Shown here in pieces: positions 52,101-64,000 of a DNA stretch of 64,000 nt. The translations under genes were made by a program, and so were the position numbers. Position 1 is the first letter of the stretch. Every line of letters begins with the position of its first letter. Where the stretch lies: NCBI GenBank assembly GCA_012295275.1, contig CM022668.1:10106001-10170000 (forward strand). The letters are read 5' to 3'. This DNA is from Chrysomallon squamiferum. Taxonomy: Eukaryota; Animalia; Mollusca. The notes beneath the pieces were generated by a model. The model did not search any database and was not told the origin of the DNA. It saw only the letters and a program-made list of their open reading frames with translations.

Positions 52101-53209
52101 AGTCGTAGTTGTAGAAACAGTAGTAATAATAGTATTAATGATAGTTAATGTAACACCAACTCTGATTTAGCTGATGATTTATATTTAGTGTATATAGGAG
52201 TTATAAACGTTATCCACTTTTAGCATGATCTGACGGGCTACTTTCGATACATAGTTCTATCAGTTTGCACAGTTTTGACGAAAATGGGCTATGCCACCAA
52301 GAATTGAATGCAAACAATCGGTGAATCTATAATTAATTTTATAAAAACGAATTCACAAGGTTTGGGAAATGTTGTTATTTTATAAGTAAATATGGAGTTT
52401 TGTCTTGAGAGCATGTAGAATGAAGTCAAATATTTGTCATTTGAATATTGGCACCCTCACCCATTTTTGTCAAAATTGTAGAAAGTGAAAGGACAACATC
52501 TCGGAAATCACCGAGAGATCATGCAAGAAATATCAGCTAGTAATAACAGATACTAATAACAATTTTCTGAGACTGTGATTGAATGTTTCCTTTCTTTGTT
52601 ATGATTTGACACGAAGTGAAGATATCGACATTAAAAGAGTATAAAGAAATGTTTCGGTATTCTTTTATCATCTTAATTTCATTTCGTTTTTAATACTGAG
52701 TAAGTGGCTGCTACATAGAAGCTGATGTGACACCATTAACACAGAAATAATCCATATACTCACGTTTCATGTTCGAAAAATGTTCTGTTTCTTTTTCTGC
52801 AAAAAAGTATAAATATTATTTAAATGGCTATTTCTAACATATAACGAAACAGAGAGAAATACAAAGATATAGGCAGACAGAAATATATTTGGTTATTACT
52901 ATGATTAATAACAAGAACCGTAACAACAACAAGATATATATCTGCCTGTATCTTTGTCTTTCTACCTGGATATTTTAGTCATTAGGACAAACGCCTGACC
53001 ATCTTGGGCTAAATATTTCAAGCATTAGGTCTAATGACTACATATTTTACTATGGTTAACAGCAGCATTTGAAGAATAACAAGAAAAAGAAAAAAAAACA
53101 GTAACAACAACAATACTAATTATAATAAATACTATTAGTATTATTGATTTTGTTGTTGCTACTGTCATTATTATCATAATAATAATAATAATTATTATTA
53201 TTATTATTA

Positions 53210-53253
<44 letters not shown>

Positions 53254-55294
53254 ACTATTATTATTATTATTATTATTTAAAATGTCACATTTTAAGGTTC
53301 TATTTAAAAAGTCCTTTATTCTTCAATTTTCGTTTTCATCGATTACTTTAATGATTTTATTTTATTTTCAAAGATAAAACCACTATTTACTTTTAATCCT
53401 AATTTTCTTTTTTCCTCCTTCATTAATGCACCCCTCTGTCGTGTTTACTTTCAAGCTTGAAGTATCATTGAGCACACATATCATATCCCTTCTTGAATGC
53501 TGTTCTACTGACATATAGCCTACAATAACCAGAGAAAGTCTGAATGAATGAATAAGGAATGAATGTTGCAATGAACCATTAAAAAACGTTTTTCAGCCTT
53601 AGATGTAAGGTGCCTTTTTAAATGTTAATTCATAATGAAAGGAATAAAAGCCCGCATTATATTAGCCAAATAATTCCACAATCCAGAAAGTCGCAGGTAA
53701 AGAGAGAAAACTACAACAACAGTATTTCAAAGGTTAGACAATAAATGCAATGTTAATATGTTTCTATTTATGTATTTCTGTATTCCTTTTATTCATCCAT
53801 TTTTAAACATCTATACACATACATACATATATACAGACACACATACATACATATCTGCTTAACTAGTAACCTATACACTCACACATACACACATTCATAC
53901 ACATGCACACAAACACACACACAAACACGCACAAAAGAACGTATAAGCAGGATAAGTTCTTAAATTCAGACTGGTGGTGACAGATATAATTAAGACATAA
54001 AGTGCATGACTCACACTGTTACCTGACAACATATCAAGTGTCGTATCTGTATCACAGTCAAGCAGTACATACCTGTATCAAGCAATCTGGCTAACTGTTG
54101 TCCCTTCATTTCTTGTGGAATAGAAGCAGGAACATTAACTTGGTCAGTTTTCAGTGCTGAAGATGATGGTTGGACAACATCGGAGTTCTGAACAGTGTAA
54201 ACCTCATGAAGTTTTCTTGTTGGCTGGTGGGTAGAGTTTTTATTCTCAGGTCCATTATCTCTGAGTCCACTGCTCTGAAGTCTGTTATCGTTATGACATG
54301 TTTCTGGTGGTTCGTTAATGGAGTCAGTGATCTGAAGTTCATTATCAATGTAAACTTCATCTATATCAACTTCATCCAAATGAACATCACTGTTATAAAG
54401 ATTATCTATGTCTACTTCATCAAAAGGAACCTCACTGTTATAAAGATCTTCTATGTCACCTTCATCAAAAGGAACATCAACGTTATAAAGATTATCTATG
54501 TCAACTTCATCAAAAGGAACCTCACTGTTATAAAGATCTTCTATGTCACCTTCATCAAAAGGAACATCAACGTTATAAAGATTATCTATGTCAACTTCAT
54601 CAAAAGGAACCTCACTGTTATAAAGATCTTCTATGTCACCTTCATCAAAAGGAACATCAACGTTATAAAGATCTTCTATGTCACCTTCATCAAAAGGAAC
54701 ATCAACGTTGTACAAATCTTCTATGTCACCTTCATCAAAAGGAACCTCACTGTTATAAAGAGCTTCTATGTCACCTTCATCAAAAGGAACATCAACGTTA
54801 TAAAGATTATCTATGTCAACTTCATCAAAAGGAACCTCACTGTTATAAAGATCTTCTATGTCACCTTCATCAAAAGGAACATCAACGTTATAAAGATCTT
54901 CTATGTCACCTTCATCAAAAGGAACATCAACGTTATAAAGATTATCTATATCAACTTCATCAAAAGGAACATCAACGTTATAAAAGTCATCGTTGTCTTC
55001 TTCATCCATATGAACATCACCCTTATCAACATCATCAGTGTGAACTTCAGCCGTGGGAACTTCATCTTTGTGAACATCATCTATTTTATCTACATCGTGA
55101 CGCAGGTCGTCATCACATACTGACTTTTTAACATCACGTGTGACATAATCATCTACTTCGTTGAAGTCAGTGGTGCTCCAGTTTCTCTTTCGTTTTCTAG
55201 ATGACAGTCTGACACTCCCTGGATTCTGTTTTGAATCATTCACATCAGAAGGTTCTGTTCTTTTGTGCACGATAGCATTCTGTTTGCGAAGCAT
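49196..55294 (-). CDS. NLR-like STAND protein copy 2 (nSTAND3-type NTPase plus shortened ankyrin array) with an N-terminal acidic tandem repeat, about 1414 aa
   Basis: Exons 55294-54073, 53519-53391 (candidate), 52796-52764 and 52056-49196. GNPGSGKTT, IVLIDDIFGK and ankyrin repeats present. TAA stands where copy 1 has GAA (LDK* versus LDKELCSPLH). Confidence 0.85.
54360..54995 (-). repeat. Coding 45-bp x14 minisatellite encoding (D/N)LYN(VD/SE)VPFDE(G/V)DI(E/D)
   Basis: Visible in ORF 54011-55294 and in the DNA (tcatcaaaaggaac period). Absent from the equivalent copy-1 exon 37381-37795. Confidence 0.95.
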
Positions 55295-55419
55295 CTACAA
55301 AACAGTATAACACCAATTCGTAATGTAATACTAGGAAGATATTTGTACAATGATACATTTCAGATATGGTCTCCTAATATCCAGCAACATCAACATTACA
55401 AAAATGGTTCACCTTTTGA

Positions 55420-58400
55420 GGAAATATCAGACTCTGAAAACAGTTAAATGAAAATGTCGGGATACAACCTCTGAGTGAATTCCTTAATTAATAACAGTTC
55501 TAAATGTCTGACTTAAGATCAGATCAATGTCACATTATGGACAACATTAAGCAAAAGGTTTGACTTAATAAATATGAATATTTTAACTAAGAATATCAAA
55601 GTTTGAAGATCCAAATTATAAATGTATTTTTTCAATGAAAATACTATTTAAAATTTATGCGTTTGTGACATAAGCAAATCTGTATGCTATTTTTTTTTTG
55701 AATTATTTATTTTATTTTATTTTATTTTATTTCCGTTTGTTTTGTTTTTAATTTGTCAAAAGTCTGAACATGTCGGGATACAACCTGTGAGTGAAGAGAT
55801 ACACTCGGAATGATACTTATCGGTTTTATCTCGGGTATACTTACGTTGGATACGTACCTATTAAATAACTATAAACAAATCCAGTTTGGAAAAAATAAAT
55901 AAATAAATAAATAAGTGTCCATTTTAACTAAAAATATCAAAGTTTGAAGGTTCAAATTACAAACGTACTGATTGAATTAAGATAATATTTGAAATTTAGG
56001 CTCTTGGGGCAAAAGCAAACGTATAGTATTTCTTTTAAATTATTAATTTAATTTAATTTTATTTTATTTAATTTTATTTAATTTTATTTAATTTAAAATA
56101 TTTTTAATTTGTCAAAAGTGTGAACATGTCGGGATACAACCTGTGAGTGAAGAGATACACTCGGAATGATACTTATCGGTTTTCATCTCATGCATACTTA
56201 CCTGGGATAAATAGATATTAAGTATAATTAACTATGACAAATCCAGTTTCGAAAAGCAAAAACAAAAAACAAGAAGAAGTAAAAAATACACAAAAACAAA
56301 ACAGGAGATGTATATATATATACATAAAGAAGAAAAGAAATAAAAGATACAAAAATAAATAAAAATTTGTTAAATGACTGAAAGTAAAAAGCCCTCGAAT
56401 AGTTAGAAATTATGAACATGCCCTTACAATTTTTCCCAAGTGAGCACTACGGTACAAAGTTCTAATCGGAACACAGTTTACTACTGAATATTAAATATAA
56501 AAACAGTACCTAGCAGAATATAAACTGTTTTATGCACCTGATTACATTTTCTTGCGACAGTTGTTATAAACACAAAGTTTCGGTATATCTATTAATACTT
56601 CCGTGTTTTTGGCGTTCAAATTTAAACACCTTAACTGATATATCGAAATACCCCCATATTCTAAAAGTTGTGGATCTAGAATATGTACGAATTTAGAAAT
56701 GACCTCAAGTGTTACAAAGGTAAAGGTAACTAAATTATTCTCACCTTTTTTCTTGTCTAAAAACACAATCGTTTACTACGTTCTTCTCGAACTTTCATTT
56801 CCTTCTTTGTTGACAGATCATTTCCCCTTATAAATAACCCAGTCTTAATAGCATTTTTATGTAAGTTATGATGATACTACTAATGATGATAATAATGAAA
56901 ATGATAATTATTATGATGATGATGATGATAATAATAATGATAATAAAAATAATGATGATTGTGATTATTATAACGATACTAATGATTATATAACAATAAT
57001 AAAAATAAATATATATTTTATTGTAGCATGTTTAATTTTGTCAGTAGAGAAACTTTGTATTTGTACCTGACAATGACAATGAAAGTTAAATCCAAAGATG
57101 AAACTGAAAGAATGAAATTCATTGACTTTCTTTGTTGAAACACCGATTTGATCCGCTTGAGTCCTGAGAAAAAACGCGGGATTCAGCAGAAAGAAAGCTG
57201 TTGATTATGTTAGCAGGGAATTTCACAAAATTTGAGGGGTTAACAATTTGTTGTTGTTGTTAAAAGTTATTCCTAGCCTTGTAATGCGGTTGGTATAATG
57301 ATATTAATGTCAGGTATAAATTCAGTTTAAAGTTATAACACGATGTTTCTCATTAACTAGTAAATACGTACTGGTTGTACAGTCTGTAGACTAGTATTCT
57401 CTTTGACAACCATCAACACAAGTTGAATCTCCAAAACATTTACGTTATTTACACAGTTTCAAACAGGTCTGTTCATATTGATTAGCGGAGCAGGCTGAAA
57501 AATTCAGAGATGTGCATAGTACAAGATTGTAGCACAATGTTTTTTTTTAATAAAATGAAAGTGAGGAGATATGAAACAGTACGTAAAATATATAAGTAAA
57601 ATGGACGCTTACTGACTCATTGTCTCATCTCTTCTAATTAAATATTAGTGAAATGCATTCTATATAACACATTTAACGTTTAAGTATGACATTATTCTCA
57701 TACTGTTTATTTAAATATTACGTTATTGACATGTTATTTGTGTATTTAAATATTACGTCATTCTCGTGTTATTGGTGTGTTCATTACGTTATTCTTCTGT
57801 TATTCGCTTATTTAATATGTTATGCTAGTATCGTGCTATTTACGTATATTTGTGATAAAGGTTTAAGAGTTCATATGAACAAAAAAGAATTTGGAATTTA
57901 CCTGATACATTTCAGTCAGCGTTTAAAATAAAGTTCATTAAAAAAGTAAATCCAGAACCTCAGCAGTTTTTGTTCTTGTTTTTAACTTTCTTTATCAGAA
58001 GATCTACGTTTGCATAAACCGTCCACTCTTCTTTACCTGTGTATAGCAACACAACAAGGTCACTCGACATTTCTTATCACAGTTAGTTTTCAGGTAGTTT
58101 AACAAACGTCGCGTTATAAATCACGATACCGTGTGAGCGATAACAGAGATATGGCGATTTTTAAATGCCTGAAGGGGGAGATCAAGAAAAACTAAAAAGG
58201 GTTGTGAAATGAAATTCTGACCAGCCTCCGTGGAATGCTGAGAAAAAAACAACAACAAAACAAACCGGAATAAAGAAAATATTATTTTTAAAATGTTGTA
58301 TGTAAAGAAATGAATATGTTTGACAAATGATAGTAGTTTAATGAATATACAGCCAAAAATGTCCCAGTAAAAAATGTTTAACTTTACAGTTTATACGGAC

Positions 58401-59670
58401 AAAAACAGATTCTAAAGATATTACAATGATGAACTCGAAGTCAACCCGATATCAACAGAGATAAAAACTAGAAAATTAATATAATGTTTTTTAATAATAA
58501 AGTAATTCCTCAACCATATTTTAATTCCTTAAATGCTTGCATACATAAAAGCAAACATATATATATTATAAATGCAGATATATGTATATATACAGATAAT
58601 CATACACACACAGACAAACACATACATCCATGTCAGTCGTTACAGAAGTATTCACAGCGATAGGCAATGGTTTTGTTAATATTAACTAAAAGGTTGTTAA
58701 TCCCGATGTACTAATTTATCTTTTTTTATTTAGTTCTTATCTGCAGAACGTAGACTGTTAGTCAGAGGCAGGCCTCTTATGATGTCTAAGACCAAGCTAA
58801 TTTAAATTATTAATTTAATTTAATTTTATTTTATTTTAGTTTGTCTTATTTTTGATCTGTCTAAAGTGTGAACCTGTCGGGATACAACCTGTGAGTGAAG
58901 AGATACACTCGGAATGACACTTATCTGTTTTTATCTGAAGCATACTTACTTGGTATACATAGATATTACGTATAATTAACTATATCAGATCCAGTTTAGA
59001 AAAGAATAAACAAAAAACAAGAAGAAGAAAATACCCCCTCCAGAAAATCCAAAAAAAAAAAAATACACCAAATATATATATATATATACATAAGAATATG
59101 AAAAAAAAAATATATATATATATATATAAAATAGAAAAGAAATAAAAGATATAAAAATAAATAAAAATTGTTTAAATGGCTGAAAGTAAAAAGTCCTCGA
59201 ATAGTTAGGAGTTATGAACATGTCGTTACACGTTTTCCCAAATGAGAACTACGATACAAAGTTGTAATCGGAAGACAGTTTACTACTAAATATTAAATAT
59301 AAAAAGAGTACCTAGTAGAATATAAACTGTTTTATGTACCTAATTACATTTTTTTGTGACAATTGTTTTAAACATATAGTTACGGTATATCTGTTAATAC
59401 TTCCTTGTTGTTGGCGTTCAAAGGTAACTACCTGAACGGATAAATACAAATAGCTGCATATTTTAAACCATTTTGGTCAAGAATATTTATGAATGTTGAA
59501 ATTACGAACGTAGAAATTACGAATGTAGATATTACAAAGGGAACGGTAACTAAATTATTCTCACCTTTTTCTCGACTGAAAAACAGACTCGTTTACTAAG
59601 TACTTCTCGAACTTTGATCTCCGTGTTGGTTCACGGATTATTTCCCCTTATTACCTAGTCTTAATAGCGT
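55420..59670. repeat. Second block of the complex non-coding repeat, upstream of STAND-2, with an embedded receptor spacer copy (57590-58780)
   Basis: tgtcgggatacaacc occurs at ~55455, 55771, 56127 and 58875. 57590-58780 is near-identical to 42820-44070. Confidence 0.8.
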
Positions 59671-60006
59671 TTTTATGAAGATGTAATGTTTGATAATAAT
59701 AACAGCAACAGTGCCAGCAGTAGTAGTGGACACAGTAGTAGTTGTAGTCGTATTACAGTAGTAACAGAAGTAGCAATTGTAATACTAGTAGCAGTAGTAG
59801 TACAGTAGTAGCAGCCGTAGAAATAGTTATACTAGTAGCAGTAGCAATAGTATTAGAAAAATATTAGAAACAGTAAAAGAAGAAGTAGTAGTACTATTGG
59901 TAAAGCTGCAGAATTGCAGTAGTAGCAACGACGAGAAAATTCCATTACGCAGTATAACATTTTTAGTCTTGTTGTCGTTGGTGTTGCTGCTGCACTCCAT
60001 TACTAG

Positions 60007-62432
60007 GTAAATGTATGTCGGGGACCTATGGACTGAACTGTAACCAAACGTGTGACTGTAATAGTAATAATTCTGATGACGTCACATAATGTAATGTCGG
60101 CCATAATTCTTGCATAAACGGATGGTCAGGACTATAAATGTACAACTGATAAAATATATTTGAAATATTTTGTTAGTGTGTCTGCACGTATTTGCTAATA
60201 TTATTACTTATATGTTTATGCATATGTACATATTTGTGTTTACGTTTGTCTGTCTGTGTGTTTGTATAATTTATTTTTAACCTATACAGATTTGTTTTCG
60301 AGCTGATTTTCCCAAAATGGATGGATGGCCGCATGCATCTATCTATCTAACAATCTCTCTATCTATCTACCTGTCTATCTATCTATATATTTATCTATCT
60401 GTCTGTATGTCTCTTTATCAATACATGTGTGTGTATGTTTTAGAAACGAGAGACAAAGACATGGAGCTAAACAGATATGCAGTGCAATAGTCCTTGGCTA
60501 TAAATATAAGCCTATTTGTGTTGTTTTAAAAATTCGAGTCAGCAAGTCAAACCTGTGCAAAGGCATCATTTTATTTTACAAAATGAAAAAGACTATTTTT
60601 AAAAACTGCAGTAATAACTACAACATTAATAGCCAAATTTGAACATATTAATGCAATGCATGAAATATTTGTGCGGAAGATGAGAAGTGTTAATGTAACA
60701 TACACAATATTTACAGCCACATTTAGATGTACTAAAATACACGACCAAGGCTTGGATTACTTAATACCTCATGCCTCGTTATTTTATCTGTTATCAAATA
60801 TACTTCAAAATGAGTTTATTTACTTTTCATATATTTATTTATGTGTTTATTATTATTATTTTCTTGTTATGGATATTTAACTTTTTAAAAATGTATTTAC
60901 TAGTATTTATTTTAAGCGTGGTATTCGTTTCTTAATACTTCATGCCTCGTGATTTTATTTGTTATCAAATATACTTCAAAATAAATTTATTTACTTTTCA
61001 TATATTTATTTGTGTTGTATATTATTTATGTATTTTATGGTTTTTTAACTTTTTTTAAATGTATTTACTAGTATTTATTTTACGCGTTGTATTCTTTTCT
61101 TTCATGAAAGTCAGGTTCCAGATCTGTTTTTCTCATTGGAGTTAGCTTAGCAATGTATTTTGAATCTTACAATATAACTATCGCTATGATTCAAATTATA
61201 ATTTAATTCATTATCACCAATCCGTAAATAAATATATAAACTTCAGTTACACCCAGGGGGCTGTTTTAGAGGGGCAGGGGCAGGGGGAGGGTGTTTACGG
61301 TGTTATGGAGACGAAGAATTCTAATGTGTTTAGGTCGGTTGAATAACAAAGATTTTTGTAAAAAAAAAAAAAAATTGTTTTTATACTTGTGGTTTAGTTT
61401 CATGCATACAGAATGATTTAGTGCAATTTTGTTTAATATTTCTTAATAAATAAATAAATAAATAAATAAATAATAGATTAAAAAGATAACTTAACACCCT
61501 TACCTATAACTGACTCTAGGTTGATCTGAACAAACAATTGTACATACATGTGGACGTACTCACACAGAGACACTCAGACACATACACACTTTTATACTGG
61601 TTTTTCTTTACATCTTATTTAAAATAATACACAAAACAAAACATATACTGGTTTTCTCTTTTCGTTCTTTCCTCCATATCATTTCTTGATTCATTTTTTT
61701 TTTTTTTTTCACATAGAAGTCACTTCACCAGGAGTCAATAAAGATGTGATTGTCATCGTCATTTCTGTTGTACTGGTTGTATCAGCAGTCATCTTCGTCT
61801 CCATCATTGTCTGGTAGGAATTATTATCAGTCTATCACACACAGATACATACATATACACATACGCACGTAATCTATCTATCTATCTATCTATCTACACA
61901 CACACAGACACACACATGCATAGAAGCATACACATATAAACACACGTAAACAAGGGGTATAAAATAGAAGGAAAACTAAAGATTTAGCGAATGTGGGTTT
62001 TACTTGGTGTTTTTGTATAAACAGATCTAAACGGAATATAAATGATGTGACGACAGAGTCTAAATTAAATCAAGAGAGAACTCATCAAAACTCAGAACAC
62101 GAAGAAGAACAACATGATGACTCTGAAGAAAGAATGAGGAAGCTCTGACTGAACCTGGTGGTTACACCGGTTACGGTTACGGTTTCTGGTCATTTTAATT
62201 CACACATTATCACGTGATCAGTTGGAGAGAAACACGACTAGAAATGACTACGTTAATAGTAGTCAAAATAGTTCAAATGAACGAGTACGAAAAACTCAAG
62301 TGGAACGAGAATTCACGTACTACGTATGAAAAGATAACAGCAATAAAATTTTCAGTGTTAATGCGAGTTTATATGCATTTTAGTGTGTTTGACTGTGAAG
62401 TCCAGTTTGCGTGTCCCAAAATGTGTACGTAG
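60007..62432 (+). pseudogene. Decayed paralog of the ITAM-type EGF receptor
   Basis: EGF exon 60007-~60148 (CMSGTYGLNCNQTCDC) has in-frame TAA codons and a lost donor. TM exon 61717-61813 is intact and similar to 5280-5376. The tail at 62025-62350 is frameshifted but retains EYEKLKWNENSRTTYEKI. Intervening ectodomain exons are absent. Confidence 0.8.
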
Positions 62433-62827
62433 TTTGCATTCATCTGTGAAATCAGTTAGATTAAATATTCTTTCATTACCTTTTGCAAGTAAAGATGAAT
62501 TATATATTTAATATTATATTATTCTCGTGTTACTTTTGTATTTAAATGTTACGTAAATCTCCTTATTTTCGAGGGTATTTAAATGTTTCCCCTTATTTTA
62601 GTTTTATTTATATATTTAATTGTTGTGCTGTTCACGTGTTATTTGTGTATTTAAATGTCACGTTATTCTCATGTTATTTGTGTATTTAAATATTACGTTC
62701 TTATTACGTCGTATTTTACTCCGCTAGTCTTCTAACAATGTTCAGTCTCTTGTTGTATTTACAGTCGATATATAAACAAGGCACCTAAAGATAAAATGAG
62801 GTTCGTTGTTTGTTATTTTTTGCCTCA

Positions 62828-62919
<92 letters not shown>

Positions 62920-63159
62920 ATGCATTTTGCATATTGTTTGGATTACGTAATATAGTTTAAAAGTTCATATTATCTATGAAAAAATTAAAATGAAATTTAC
63001 CTGACATCTACTTAAATATCAAACTAAAGTTAAAAAAAAAAAAAAAAAAAAGAAAAGAAAGTATTATTTAAATGTTGTTGTTTTTTTTGTTGAATATACA
63101 GTCCACTCTTCTTTATCTGTGTGTAAATACACAACAATGTCACTGTACAACCACTCATA

Positions 63160-63677
63160 AAACCAATTTCTTATCACAGTTAGCTTGACAAAGGTCGCAT
63201 TATAAACTCTTCTCTATATGAGCGATAACAAATGTAGGACGATTTTCAAAAACTTGTAGGGGCAGATCGTAATATTCATTACAGTGGTCAACTTGAATCC
63301 CTAGGAAAATAATTTAGAATTATTATTTTTAAATACTATAAAATTTCTGTGCCAATTCGTTTTTAATGCTTAAACACATACATACTTATCAGTCGTTACA
63401 GTGGTATTCACAACAAAAGGGAATACTTTAGATTGCATTAGTTAAACGATTATGAAACCCAATGACCTTTATTTTTTATTTTTTTAATTTAGTTCTTAAT
63501 TTTAGTCAAGGGCAAAGGCTACTTATGAAATAAACCTGGTGAAAATATATTACATTCGTGTATGTACTAGAAATCTGTAAGTATGCGTGTTTGTGCATAC
63601 GTACAAACTGTTCATATGCGTTTGAATGTTTCTCTTTTGATTGACATATGTGTGTCCGTGTCTTTTGATAGACAGAC

Positions 63678-63765
<88 letters not shown>

Positions 63766-64000
63766 AGAGAGGAGAGACATTTGCCACCCACTTTAGTATC
63801 CAGGATACGCTCCTGCATTAAGATAAAAACATCTTCCTGGTTAACTTGTTTGATAACATTTATTTTACACTTATGATTACAGCTTGACACATTCGAAANG
63901 AAACACTCGAATACATGTACAGAACACACCTCTAGTAAGTGTATTTATAACTATCGTTGAAGAATGTGTGTTTTGTGATTTATTGTTACTTGACATAACT
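63160..64000 (+). promoter_or_regulatory. Another copy of the receptor promoter module, predicting a further paralog just beyond the window
   Basis: Collinear with 6660-7835 and 8550-8775: cgctcctgcat, aaaacatcttcctg, tgtttgataacatt, and the 44-bp unit starting at 63961. Confidence 0.7.

Noticed and set aside
54170-55123. 317-aa plus-strand ORF (FYVTFIKRNINVIKI)n
   Set aside because: Antisense shadow of the 45-bp coding repeat. The minus frame is the one continuous with the exon conserved in copy 1.
60759-61100. ~170-bp tandem duplication in the pseudogene intron
   Set aside because: Real but AT-rich and non-coding, with no sign of function.
63899-63899. Single ambiguous base (n)
   Set aside because: An assembly ambiguity. 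It only flags that base-level errors are possible in this sequence.

Overview
AT-rich, microsatellite-rich animal genomic DNA with GT-AG introns. The gene families suggest a mollusc, possibly a cephalopod (inference only). Exon-by-exon reading shows a candidate innate-immune cluster. (1) 1-6135 (+): 3' part of a MEGF10/Draper/SREC-like EGF-repeat receptor whose short tail carries YxN motifs and an ITAM-like YEKL-x10-YEKI. (2) 9018-26946 (+): a complete 28-exon receptor tyrosine phosphatase (signal peptide, EGF, F-type lectin, 6 EGF, TM, intact D1, dead D2; about 1161 aa). Its ectodomain exons closely match those of gene 1, so the two look like a paired activating/inhibitory receptor set. (3) Two tandem minus-strand NLR-like genes (nSTAND3-type P-loop NTPase plus ankyrin repeats). 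One has a 1-bp homopolymer frameshift. The other has a premature stop and a 14x acidic DEVD/DEGD-Tyr repeat in its N-terminus. Both lie downstream of a multiplied non-coding module with IRF-E and kB-like motifs. (4) 60007-62432: a decayed copy of the ITAM-type receptor, followed by another promoter copy at the window end. All models and identities were read by eye; no database searches were run.
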